A stretch of DNA of 63,624 bases, the filler included. It is 5 parts of 5 records of this genome, joined end to end, with 100 filler letters (N's around TTAATTAATTAA, not from the genome) between each part and the next. Parts side by side here need not be neighbours in the genome. Positions count along the whole stretch, not along the records: positions 25,767 to 54,417 come from SRR22947725_532; positions 54,518 to 63,624 come from SRR22947725_536; 3 more parts are not named here. One strand, written 5' to 3'. The notes beneath the pieces are model-generated. The model made no database searches. It was not told the origin of the DNA and was given only the letters and a program-made list of their open reading frames with translations. Position 1 is the stretch's first letter. Every line of letters begins with the position of its first letter. Below, piece by piece: positions 50,742 to 59,990 of the stretch. The translations under genes were made by a program, and so were the position numbers.

Positions 50742-51365
50742 ATGTTAAAAACCAAAGAGGTTGAGTTTAATTATGATAATCAAATGTTTTTCAAGTTTCA
50801 GAACATTGATTTAAATAGTAATGAAAACTTATTAATTATTGGTGAATCAGGTGTTGGAAAAACTACACTAATGCATCTTCTTGCAGGACTTTTAAAATCA
50901 AATTCAGGATCAATTAAATTGTTTGATAAAGAACTTAATCAGATGTCGTCTTATCAACTAGATAGTTTTAGAAAAAATAATATCGGAATAGTATTTCAAA
51001 GACCACATTTTGTTAACTCTCTTACTGTAAAAGAAAATCTTCAACTTGCCCAATATATAGCTAATAAAAATGATAATAATAGAATTGAAAGCATACTCAA
51101 AAACTTAAATATTTTTGAGAAGTCTAACAAAAAAACAAATCAATTAAGTCAAGGTGAAAAACAAAGAGTTTCAATTGCTTTGGCAATTGTCAATTCTCCT
51201 AAGTTAATTTTAGCAGACGAACCTACCTCTAGTTTAGATGATAATAATTGTTCTAAGGTTATTAAACTTCTAAAAAAACAAGCTACAGATTTTGGAGCAC
51301 AATTAATAGTTATAACTCATGACAGTAGATTGAAAAAACATTTTAAAAAATCGATTGAACTGTGA
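50742..51365 (+). CDS. ABC transporter ATP-binding protein (LolD/MacB-type; ZrgB-like)
   Basis: GESGVGKTT, LSQGEKQR, ILADEPTSSLD, ITHD. Confidence 0.9.
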   Translation: MLKTKEVEFNYDNQMFFKFQNIDLNSNENLLIIGESGVGKTTLMHLLAGLLKSNSGSIKLFDKELNQMSSYQLDSFRKNNIGIVFQRPHFVNSLTVKENLQLAQYIANKNDNNRIESILKNLNIFEKSNKKTNQLSQGEKQRVSIALAIVNSPKLILADEPTSSLDDNNCSKVIKLLKKQATDFGAQLIVITHDSRLKKHFKKSIEL

Positions 51366-52561
51366 ATATATTTAAATTAAGCATAAAAAATATTTTTAAT
51401 AAACCACTAAGCTCATCTATAAGTTTAGCGCTATTAGTTCTTGGTGTTGGAATAATATCTCTTTTACTTCAGCTAAATACATTGATAAAAGATCAAATGG
51501 ATAATAATTTGAGAGGAATTGATATGGTTGTCGGAGCAAAAGGAAGTCCTCTTCAACTAATTCTGTCATCTGTTTATCATATTGACTCTCCAACTGGAAA
51601 TATTTCTCTTGCTGAAGCTGAGACAATAAGTAATAACAGAATGGTAGGTTCAAGTATTAAAATTCTTTATGGAGACAATTATAAAGGTTTTAGAATTGTT
51701 GGTGCTGAAAAAAAATTTATTGAACTATACAAAGGCGTGATTAAAGAAGGAAAAGATTGGGATAACCCGTATGAAGTTTTAGTCGGTTCTAAAGTATATG
51801 AAAAATTAAAAATCAATTTAGGTGATGAGCTAATTAGCTCTCATGGACTAAGAGAAACAGGTCAATCCCACGATGAAGGAACTTTTAAGGTTGTAGGATT
51901 ATTAAAACCTTCAAATTCTGTAATTGATCAATTAATTATTACATCTCCTCAAAGTGTTTGGGATATCCACGAAACTCATGATCACGATGAACATGAAAAT
52001 GAACATGAACATGATAATAGAGAAATAACTGCAATGCTAATAAAATTCAAAAGCCCAATGAATATTATTCAATTTCCTAGGCAAATAAATGAAAATACTA
52101 ATCTTCAAGCAGCAGTTCCATCTTATGAAATTTCAAGATTATTTAAACTTTTTGGATTTGGAATTGAAACTTTAAGTTATTTAGCGTATTTAATTATAAT
52201 TGTTTCCGGGTTCAGTTTATTTATTAACTTATTTAATTCAATGCGTGAAAGAAAATATGAAATGGCACTTATTAGGACATTGGGAGCTTCAAGATTTCAA
52301 TTATCAACAATGATTATTTTTGAAAGCCTAGTTCTAACAATTTCAGGATTTATATTAGGATTACTGTTTAGCAGATTTGGAGTGATGTTCGTATCTTCAC
52401 TAATGGAAGAAAGTATAAATTACAACTTAAATTCATTGAAAATTTTGAATGAAGAATATTGGCTTTTAGGATTATCTGTTCTCATTGGTGTTGTATCGTC
52501 TTTAATTCCAGCTATTCAAGTTTATAAAATGAACATTTCAAAAATATTAGCAGATGCATAA
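51362..52561 (+). CDS. FtsX/MacB-type ABC permease with a His-rich loop (ZrgC-like)
   Basis: DMVVGAKGSPLQLILSSVYH, GDNYKGFRIVG, HETHDHDEHENEHEHD, ERKYEMALIRTLGA. Confidence 0.82.
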   Translation: MNIFKLSIKNIFNKPLSSSISLALLVLGVGIISLLLQLNTLIKDQMDNNLRGIDMVVGAKGSPLQLILSSVYHIDSPTGNISLAEAETISNNRMVGSSIKILYGDNYKGFRIVGAEKKFIELYKGVIKEGKDWDNPYEVLVGSKVYEKLKINLGDELISSHGLRETGQSHDEGTFKVVGLLKPSNSVIDQLIITSPQSVWDIHETHDHDEHENEHEHDNREITAMLIKFKSPMNIIQFPRQINENTNLQAAVPSYEISRLFKLFGFGIETLSYLAYLIIIVSGFSLFINLFNSMRERKYEMALIRTLGASRFQLSTMIIFESLVLTISGFILGLLFSRFGVMFVSSLMEESINYNLNSLKILNEEYWLLGLSVLIGVVSSLIPAIQVYKMNISKILADA

Positions 52562-52994
52562 ACTAACTTTCATAATTATTTTATTTATTTCAAGCAGTTT
52601 GTATTCTCAAGTAGAAATTGACTGGCTTAAACTAAGAGATGTTTATTATAAATCTGAATATGCTGAAGATGTTTATGGTTATGTTCAAATTCCATATTTT
52701 GGAGAAGCAGTTGAACCTTTAGACAATAAAGAGGTTGTAATTACTGGTTATATGCTTACTCTATCACCTGACGAAGGTGTGTTTGTTCTTTCTGAGAACC
52801 CTTATGCTGATTGTTTTTTCTGTGGTTTTGGAGGGCCTGAATCAGCTATAGAATTGAGATTGAAACCAGGCTATGATGATTTCTTAATGGACGAACTTGT
52901 TATTGTTACAGGAACTCTAAGATTAAAAAGAGAAGATGTAAGTAGTGGCGTTTATATTATGGACAATGCTACTGTTGTCAAAAAAGAAGATTAA
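52554..52994 (+). CDS. DUF3299 domain protein (ZrgD-like)
   Basis: LDNKEVVITGYM, PYADCFFCG.GGPES, VTGTLRL; signal peptide. Confidence 0.75.
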   Translation: MHKLTFIIILFISSSLYSQVEIDWLKLRDVYYKSEYAEDVYGYVQIPYFGEAVEPLDNKEVVITGYMLTLSPDEGVFVLSENPYADCFFCGFGGPESAIELRLKPGYDDFLMDELVIVTGTLRLKREDVSSGVYIMDNATVVKKED

Positions 52995-53009
52995 AAATAC
53001 CAATATTTA

Positions 53010-53474
53010 ATGAAAAAGTATATTATAACCTTGATAGGCTTTCTAATAATTAACTTTGGTGGTTTAGCCATTGGCCAAGTTTGGACAGGTGATGGTGTAA
53101 CATCAGAATGGTATACATCACTAAATCAGGCCCCTTGGACTCCACCAGGATGGGTATTTGGACTGGCTTGGACATCAATTGCAATCACTTTTTCTTTATT
53201 AATGACTTCGTCTTATTTAAATAATAATATAAAATCATTAAAACTATTCATCCCCTCGCTATTATTAAATATTATATGGAATCCTGTGTTCTTTGGATTA
53301 CAATGGGTTTGGACAGGTTCAGTTGTTTTGTTGTTATTATCTTATTACATATATAAAATAATTGATTTAAATCGTAAAATATATGGTTGGAAAATTGCAT
53401 GGTTAGGTCTACCCTATTTCATTTGGCTTATGGTTGCAATGTCTCTAGACATTTATATATCATTAATGAACTAA
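53010..53474 (+). CDS. tspO: TspO/MBR family tryptophan-rich sensory protein
   Basis: WYTSLNQAPWTPPGWVFGLAW, LNIIWNPVFF, PYFIWL. Confidence 0.9.
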   Translation: MKKYIITLIGFLIINFGGLAIGQVWTGDGVTSEWYTSLNQAPWTPPGWVFGLAWTSIAITFSLLMTSSYLNNNIKSLKLFIPSLLLNIIWNPVFFGLQWVWTGSVVLLLLSYYIYKIIDLNRKIYGWKIAWLGLPYFIWLMVAMSLDIYISLMN

Positions 53475-53515
53475 TTATCTCTTTTATTTAATATATTTAT
53501 CTGAAATATATACAT

Positions 53516-54049
53516 ATGAAAAATTCAATTTTATCCATAGCTATTTTAATAATAACATTAATTAGCTCAACAGAATTAACAGCGCAAAAATTCAAAAGCT
53601 TAGATAAAAGCCCAATGGATGCGACTGCTTTTCCAAATAGTTATAAAATCTCAGATAAAATTGTAAAGGTAATATATAGTCGTCCACAATTAAATGGAAG
53701 AGATTTAGTAAAATTAGCACCACCTGAAAAAGTTTGGAGAACAGGAGCAAATGAAGCTGCTGAAATTACTTTTTATAAAGATGTTATTTTCGGAGGAAAA
53801 GCATTAAAAGCAGGGACTTATTCTTTATTCACAATACCTTCTTTAGAGGGAGATTGGACAGTAATTATCAACAGAGCAAGAAATATTTGGGGATCATATT
53901 ATTATAAGCAGGATCAGGATGTTATTAGAGTTTCTGGTAAAACCTCTAAAGTAGAAGAAAATATTGAAGCTTTTTCTATAATGTTTGAAAATGACATGAC
54001 ACTAAAAATGGGCTGGGGAAACACTGTCATTTCAGTATCTATAAAATAA
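53516..54049 (+). CDS. DUF2911 domain protein, secreted
   Basis: LDKSPMD, YSRP, WRTGANEA, GTYSLFTIP. Confidence 0.85.
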   Translation: MKNSILSIAILIITLISSTELTAQKFKSLDKSPMDATAFPNSYKISDKIVKVIYSRPQLNGRDLVKLAPPEKVWRTGANEAAEITFYKDVIFGGKALKAGTYSLFTIPSLEGDWTVIINRARNIWGSYYYKQDQDVIRVSGKTSKVEENIEAFSIMFENDMTLKMGWGNTVISVSIK

Positions 54050-54052
54050 ACT

Positions 54053-54388
54053 ATGGAAAATAAGTTCTTTTACATAATTGTTGTTTTTGTTCTAATTTAT
54101 TTTTTTTACAATAATTATTCAAAGTCAAAAAAAGCAATTAAAATGATAGAAAATGGAGCCAAAGTAATTGACGTAAGAACATCTAAAGAATTTAACTTAG
54201 GACATTTTAATGGTTCAGTTAACATTCCTTTAAACATAATTGAAAATAATATTGAAAAAATTAAATCATTCAAAAAAGATATTATTGTAGTATGTGCAAG
54301 TGGTGCAAGAAGTGGAAAAGCAAATAGCATCTTAAAAAAAAATGGAATTAAGTCTGCTAACGGAGGTTCTTGGTCAAGTTTAAAGTAG
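54053..54388 (+). CDS. Membrane-anchored rhodanese-domain protein
   Basis: IDVRT..EF..GH, NIPL, active-site CASGARS, NGGSW. Confidence 0.88.
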   Translation: MENKFFYIIVVFVLIYFFYNNYSKSKKAIKMIENGAKVIDVRTSKEFNLGHFNGSVNIPLNIIENNIEKIKSFKKDIIVVCASGARSGKANSILKKNGIKSANGGSWSSLK

Positions 54389-54417
54389 AATAAACAGTAA
54401 TAGTAGAATTAGTTTTT

Positions 54418-54517
54418 NNNNNNNNNNNNNNNNNNNNNNNNNNNNNNNNNNNNNNNNNNNNTTAATTAATTAANNNNNNNNNNNNNNNNNNNNNNNNNNN
54501 NNNNNNNNNNNNNNNNN
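54418..54517. other. Artificial contig spacer
   Basis: 44 N + TTAATTAATTAA + 44 N. Confidence 0.98.
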
Positions 54518-54519
54518 TA

Positions 54520-55491
54520 CGTTATGTGCTAACCTCGAACGCCCCTGAAACAAAAGATAACGATTTTACTTGGAAAGATTTTCAAGCAAAAAATAATAAC
54601 GAACTAGTTGCTATTTATGGAAATTTCATTAATAGGGTAGTAGTTCTTACACATAAATATTATGATGGCACTGTTCCAAAAAGAAATAATTTTTTAGATG
54701 GTGATAAAAAGGTGTTAAAACTGATTGATTTATCTATTACAAAAATTGAAAAATCTATTCATAAGTTTAGATTTAGGGAGGCATGTAATGAATTAATTAA
54801 CATTTCTAGGATTGGAAATAAATACTTAGCTGATCAAGAGCCTTGGAAAATAATCAAAGAAGACAAAGCAAGAGTAGAAACAGTTATGTATGTGTCTTTA
54901 CAAATTTCAGCTATTTTATCTGTCATTAGCGAGCCATTTTTACCTAACACCTCAAAAAAGCTACAAAATATTTTAAACTCTAAAGATCACTTAACAGAAT
55001 GGACATGGGATAATTTAAATAAAAATATGACCCTCATAAAAACTGGTGTTAATATTAATAATGCCGAATTATTATTTACTAAAATTGAGGATAAAGAAAT
55101 TGATTTTCAAATCTCAAAACTCAATTCTTCTAAAAAATCTAAATCTATAGTTAGCAAAAAACAAGAGGTTAATATAAATGACTTTTCAAAACTAAATTTA
55201 AAAATAGGAACTATTTTAGAAGCTAAAAAAATTAAAAAATCTAAAAAACTCCTTTTATTAAAAGTAGATATTAAAGATGAAGTTCGAACTATAGTTAGTG
55301 GCATAGCAAAATCTTATAATCCTCATGATATAGTTGGCACTAAAGTTGTTGTTTTAACAAACCTAGAGACAAAAGTAATTGCTGGAGTTCAAAGTCAAGG
55401 AATGGTATTATTAACAAAAGACGAAAATGATATAGATGTTTTTATATCTCCTGATAATATTTCTACAAATGACGGATTAGATATTTCCTAG
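54520..55491 (+). CDS. metG: Methionine--tRNA ligase, C-terminal part with tRNA-binding domain, 5'-truncated
   Basis: RYVLTSNAPETKDNDFTWKDFQAKNNNELVAIYGNFINR, GNKYLADQEPWK, RTIVSGIA, SQGMVL. Confidence 0.93.
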   Translation, partial: RYVLTSNAPETKDNDFTWKDFQAKNNNELVAIYGNFINRVVVLTHKYYDGTVPKRNNFLDGDKKVLKLIDLSITKIEKSIHKFRFREACNELINISRIGNKYLADQEPWKIIKEDKARVETVMYVSLQISAILSVISEPFLPNTSKKLQNILNSKDHLTEWTWDNLNKNMTLIKTGVNINNAELLFTKIEDKEIDFQISKLNSSKKSKSIVSKKQEVNINDFSKLNLKIGTILEAKKIKKSKKLLLLKVDIKDEVRTIVSGIAKSYNPHDIVGTKVVVLTNLETKVIAGVQSQGMVLLTKDENDIDVFISPDNISTNDGLDIS

Positions 55492-55518
55492 TTAGTAACG
55501 ATCTATAAAATTTAACGT

Positions 55519-57177
55519 TTATTTCTCTATTATTAGTTTTGAAATATTGTCATGCAAATTTCTTTTACTATTAGAAATTTGAATCATTTTTGAACGTTGA
55601 AATGTTTTTTCCAATGGATGCTGGTCTAGACTATCACAGGATTCAAACATGTCAAAACATTCTGAAACTACTCTATCCATCAATTGCATTGAAGTTAACT
55701 TAGCCATAGATATTTGCTTTTCTAGATTTTTTGTGGTTTCAAATTTGTTATTGATTGAAAGAATAAACTGCTTAGAACATTCAATTTCAGAAGCCAACTG
55801 AGCAATTTGGTGTCTTATAACTTGAGAACTACTTTTTCTTTCTCCATTATTATCAGTTTGGTTAATGTGTTTGATTGTTATGTTTATTGTATTCTCAGCG
55901 ATAGTGATAGTTTTTGTTGCTAATGTTAAATCATGTTTGTCTAACTTTTCTAATGAAGAGAAATTATCCTGATTTGAAAAATTAGTATTTACTGAACTTA
56001 CTTTTGAGTTGATATTTGATTTTTCTTTTTCATATCTTACATCATCAATGACGACTTTAGCAATAATTTCTCTCATAATTTCTGATGTTCCTCCACCAAT
56101 TGTTCCAATTCTTGAATCTCTAAACATTCTAGCCATTGGATAATCCTCTGTGTATCCATTTCCACCAAAAAACTGTAGACATTGAGTTGAAATCTTCTCA
56201 TGTAACTCGGTAACAATTAGTTTACCCATAGAACACGATTTAACATCATAAATTCCTTTATCAAATAAATCACAACAGTAATAACTAAATGCTTTTAGTG
56301 CTTCTAGTTCAGATGACAATTGAGAAATACGATGTCTTAAAACTTGAAATTTGTCTATTGTTCTTCCAAATGCATTTCTTTGAGACATATAATTTAAAGA
56401 TTCAGACAACGCATATTCCATCGTTGCAACATTGCTTGGTAAAAAACAAAGTCTTTCAAGTTGTAGTCCGTTCATTAGATAGTAAAAACCTTTTCCTTCC
56501 TCTCCAATTAAATTTTCTTTAGGAACTCTTACATTGTCAAAACTTAGCTCAGCAGTGTCAGATGAGTGCCAGCCAAGTTTATTAATTTTATTTTTAGTAA
56601 TACCATTTTGATCAAGATCAACACAAATTAGACTTACTCCTTTTGATCCAGCTTTAGGATTTGTTTTTACTACAAGGATAATAAAATCACCATACAATCC
56701 ATTTGTAATGAATGTTTTAGATCCGTTAATCACATATTCATTGCCTATAAGTTCTGCTCTAGTTTGAATATTTTTTGTATCTGAGCCTGCATCAGGTTCT
56801 GTTATTCCTATGCAGCTTATTAAGTCTCCTGAAATTATTCCTGGCAGATATTTATCTTTTAATGTATCACTTCCATATTTATGGATATAAGGAGCAGACA
56901 TGTATTGAACCACTTGTTGAGTAACAACAAAACCACCACTATTTAGTCTTCCTAATTCTTCGTTAAATATTACTTCAAAAAAGAAATCTAAATCACCTCC
57001 ACCATATTTTTCTGGAAAGGATAAACCTAGAAAACCCATATCTCCCATTTTTTTCCATATAGATTTTGGTATTTTTCCATCTTTTTCCCAAACTTCAATA
57101 TTTGGACTTACCTCCCTGTTAAGAAATTCTCTTAAGCTTTCTCTAAAAAGATTATGTTCTTCGTTAAAATACTCCAT
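55519..57177 (-). CDS. Acyl-CoA dehydrogenase with a duplicated C-terminal helical domain
   Basis: ITEPDAGSD, NGSKTFITNG, KLGWHSSDTAEL, ERL, FGGNGY, IGGGTSEIM, then about 165 extra residues. Confidence 0.88.
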   Translation of the reverse strand: MEYFNEEHNLFRESLREFLNREVSPNIEVWEKDGKIPKSIWKKMGDMGFLGLSFPEKYGGGDLDFFFEVIFNEELGRLNSGGFVVTQQVVQYMSAPYIHKYGSDTLKDKYLPGIISGDLISCIGITEPDAGSDTKNIQTRAELIGNEYVINGSKTFITNGLYGDFIILVVKTNPKAGSKGVSLICVDLDQNGITKNKINKLGWHSSDTAELSFDNVRVPKENLIGEEGKGFYYLMNGLQLERLCFLPSNVATMEYALSESLNYMSQRNAFGRTIDKFQVLRHRISQLSSELEALKAFSYYCCDLFDKGIYDVKSCSMGKLIVTELHEKISTQCLQFFGGNGYTEDYPMARMFRDSRIGTIGGGTSEIMREIIAKVVIDDVRYEKEKSNINSKVSSVNTNFSNQDNFSSLEKLDKHDLTLATKTITIAENTINITIKHINQTDNNGERKSSSQVIRHQIAQLASEIECSKQFILSINNKFETTKNLEKQISMAKLTSMQLMDRVVSECFDMFESCDSLDQHPLEKTFQRSKMIQISNSKRNLHDNISKLIIEK

Positions 57178-57328
57178 CAATTTTTTTTGTAAAAATAAGT
57201 TAATAATGTGGTATAATTATACGTCTTAGTGGGATTTATTGTTTAATAAATCTCAATCATTTATTTTGTAGGAACAGGAAACAATTTTTGACTGATTGTA
57301 ATTAAATTTACAGATTTAATTTTGTTTA

Positions 57329-58084
57329 TTACCCAGCTTGAAAGCCTCCATCTAATAATAAACCTTCTCCATTAACAAAACTAGATTTTTCACTTAAAAG
57401 CCATAAAATACTTTCAGCTACTTCTTTAGTGTTTCCAATTCTTTTCATAGGAACTCTTAAGTTTTTTACAAATTCTAGAGATTTTTTTGGAATATCATCT
57501 AAAATTGCTGTTTGAATAAACCCTGGACATACTGAATTAACTCTAATATTGTGACCTCCGTACTCTATAGCTGCTGATTTAGTAAGTCCAATAACTCCAT
57601 GTTTTGCGGCCGAATAATGACTTCCATTTCTTACACCATTTAAACCAGCTAAGGATGAAACATTTACAATTTTACCACATTTATTGGATAGCATATGTTT
57701 TATTTCTTCTTGCATACAGTAAAAGACTCCAGATAAACAAACGGAGATCATTCTCTCCCAAGTTGGTTCTTCAATAGTATGTAGAGAACCTACTAATCCA
57801 CCAATACCAGCATTATTAACTGCTAAATCAATAGAGCCATGTTCTTTAAATATAATATCTAAAACATTAGCAACGTCTTTTTTAATAGATGTGTCTAGTT
57901 TGTAAAAACAAGCTATTCCACCAGAATCAGTAATAGTTTTAGTTGTTGCACGACCTTCTACTTCATTAATATCAGCAATCATTGTTTTAACCCCATTTTT
58001 GGCTAATAGCTGTGCTGTTTCTTTACCAATTCCAGTTGCAGCACCGGTAATAAAAGCAACTTTATTTTTTAAACTTTCATCCAT
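57329..58084 (-). CDS. Classical SDR oxidoreductase
   Basis: TGAATGIG, NNAGI, YSAAKHGV, VCPGFI. Confidence 0.92.
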   Translation of the reverse strand: MDESLKNKVAFITGAATGIGKETAQLLAKNGVKTMIADINEVEGRATTKTITDSGGIACFYKLDTSIKKDVANVLDIIFKEHGSIDLAVNNAGIGGLVGSLHTIEEPTWERMISVCLSGVFYCMQEEIKHMLSNKCGKIVNVSSLAGLNGVRNGSHYSAAKHGVIGLTKSAAIEYGGHNIRVNSVCPGFIQTAILDDIPKKSLEFVKNLRVPMKRIGNTKEVAESILWLLSEKSSFVNGEGLLLDGGFQAG

Positions 58085-59764
58085 TTATTCCCAAATTACT
58101 GTTTCTGTATTTTCATTCCAGGCTTGAAACTTTTCACAATATTTATCATTTATTTTATTCCTCTTAATTTTCATTGTCGGAGTTAATAATTCATTTTCAG
58201 GGTTCCAATCATCTTTTACAAAGATTATAGTTGAGATTCTTTTGTAACTAACAAGATCCTTATTAACAGAATTTAGTTTATTTTCTATCATCGACTTTAA
58301 CACATTCTTATCTGTTGATTTACCTGATTCTGACAAAACAACTAGCAACATTGGTTGGGGGTTGCCAAGACCTACTATGCATATTTGTTCAAATTCAACA
58401 GTATCTCCAAAAAATTTCTCAAGACCTAATGGTTCAATAAATTCTCCTTTGCTGGTTTTAAATGTATCTTTAACTCTTCCAGTAATATATAAATATCCAT
58501 CCTCATCTATTTTACCTTGATCACCAGTACAAAGCCAGCCATCTTTTATTGTTTCATCTGTTCGCTTTTTATCTTTATAATATCCTTTCATCACAAATGC
58601 GCCACTCATCATAATTTCATTGTTTTCGGGATTTATTTTAATTTTTACACCTGATTGAGGTAGTCCAACTGAGTTTATTTTATTAGTAACTGAAGGAGAA
58701 ATTTGAGTACAAATAGCACAATTTTCTGTCATTCCATATACGTTAGTAATATTTATACCTATTTTTTTATACCACTGCTTTAGAACTTCTAACATCGGAG
58801 CAGCTCCATTAATAATTACACTTGCATTACTTAAGCCTAAAGCTTTTTTAAGTTTACTCTTAATAATACTTGAAACAATAGGAATTTTTAAAAAAAGATC
58901 TAATTTCTTTTGAGAGAATTTTGAAAGTATACCCATTTGAAATTTAGTATATAATCTTGGAACTCCAATAAATATTGATGGCTGAACAGCTTTTAAGTTT
59001 TCCCCGAACCTTTCTAATGATTCTGTAAATGAAATTACACCACCATATTTAAAACAGGTATATTCAACTCCAACTCTTTCAGCAATATGATTTAATGGCA
59101 AATATGAAAACCAACTATTTTTCCCCGAAATACTAATGTTATATTTTTCTGCTAAACTTACTTCAAACAAATTCCATACTCCTTGTATAGTACCAAAATC
59201 CAATACCACTCCTTTTGGATCTCCAGTTGTTCCCGATGTAAATATAATGGTCCATGTATCATTAATATTTGGTGAGTAGTTTTCGATCTGAGGATCAAAC
59301 TTATTTATGAAATCAGACCATTGAAATCCTTCATTAATTTTAGAAAAACCTTGATAGTGAGGGAAAGCTATAACTGGCATATTTTCAGGAATTCCTTTTT
59401 TAATTTCATCCCAATCCTCGACCTTACCCATGAATAATGCTTTTACATCTCCTTGATTTAATAAGGCTTTAGTTTCAGATGAATTTAAATTTGGAAAAAA
59501 CGGTACAGAGACATAGCCTGCCATAACTATGGCTAAATCAGCAATTATCCATTCTCTACAGTTTTTTGACATTAAACCGATATGACTTTTTTCTGGAAGC
59601 CCAAGACTTTTAAGACCTGTAGCTAATTTTCTTGCAAGTTGACCAACTTCACCCCAAGTGTATTCTTCCCAATTTTCACCAAAAGGCTGCCTTAAAAAAG
59701 GTTTGTTTTTAAATGTTTTTTCCCAATGATAAAATTTAAAATCAAATTTAGTTTCGTTGCTCAT
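58085..59764 (-). CDS. Long-chain fatty-acid--CoA ligase (AMP-binding)
   Basis: IFTSGTTGDPKGV, SYLPLNHIAER, YGMTE, TGDQG, TGRVKD, LLTPTMKIKR. Confidence 0.88.
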   Translation of the reverse strand: MSNETKFDFKFYHWEKTFKNKPFLRQPFGENWEEYTWGEVGQLARKLATGLKSLGLPEKSHIGLMSKNCREWIIADLAIVMAGYVSVPFFPNLNSSETKALLNQGDVKALFMGKVEDWDEIKKGIPENMPVIAFPHYQGFSKINEGFQWSDFINKFDPQIENYSPNINDTWTIIFTSGTTGDPKGVVLDFGTIQGVWNLFEVSLAEKYNISISGKNSWFSYLPLNHIAERVGVEYTCFKYGGVISFTESLERFGENLKAVQPSIFIGVPRLYTKFQMGILSKFSQKKLDLFLKIPIVSSIIKSKLKKALGLSNASVIINGAAPMLEVLKQWYKKIGINITNVYGMTENCAICTQISPSVTNKINSVGLPQSGVKIKINPENNEIMMSGAFVMKGYYKDKKRTDETIKDGWLCTGDQGKIDEDGYLYITGRVKDTFKTSKGEFIEPLGLEKFFGDTVEFEQICIVGLGNPQPMLLVVLSESGKSTDKNVLKSMIENKLNSVNKDLVSYKRISTIIFVKDDWNPENELLTPTMKIKRNKINDKYCEKFQAWNENTETVIWE

Positions 59765-59855
59765 AATAAATTAGTTTTGTTGTTTGACAGAGGCTTGTAA
59801 ATAAATTGCTATGTTGTTAAAGTATGGAAAAGGTATCTTTTTTTATTGTTATCAG

Positions 59856-59863
59856 CAAAAATA
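59856..59863 (-). promoter_or_regulatory. Bacteroidota -7 element upstream of the CoA-ligase/SDR operon
   Basis: TATTTTTG on the minus strand about 90 nt upstream of the ATG at 59764. Confidence 0.5.
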
Positions 59864-59990
59864 TTAGTAATAAAAGCTGGTATTATTCTCATTCTCTCTA
59901 CTAAAATAAATTTATAAAATTAATTTGGTTTGTCTCAATCTCTTAACTAAAGTATTTATTATTTATTAACTTGCCTTAAAATGAATCCCT

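Noticed and set aside
51968-52015. GAACAT-type tandem repeats as a CRISPR or non-coding repeat array
   Set aside because: Short, in-frame and encoding a His/Glu/Asp loop; no spacers or cas genes.
57181-59990. Longer intergenic stretches (57181-57328 and 59765-59990; also 780-954) as tRNA, riboswitch or sRNA
   Set aside because: No cloverleaf, known riboswitch core or convincing stable structure by eye. An Infernal/Rfam scan would settle it.
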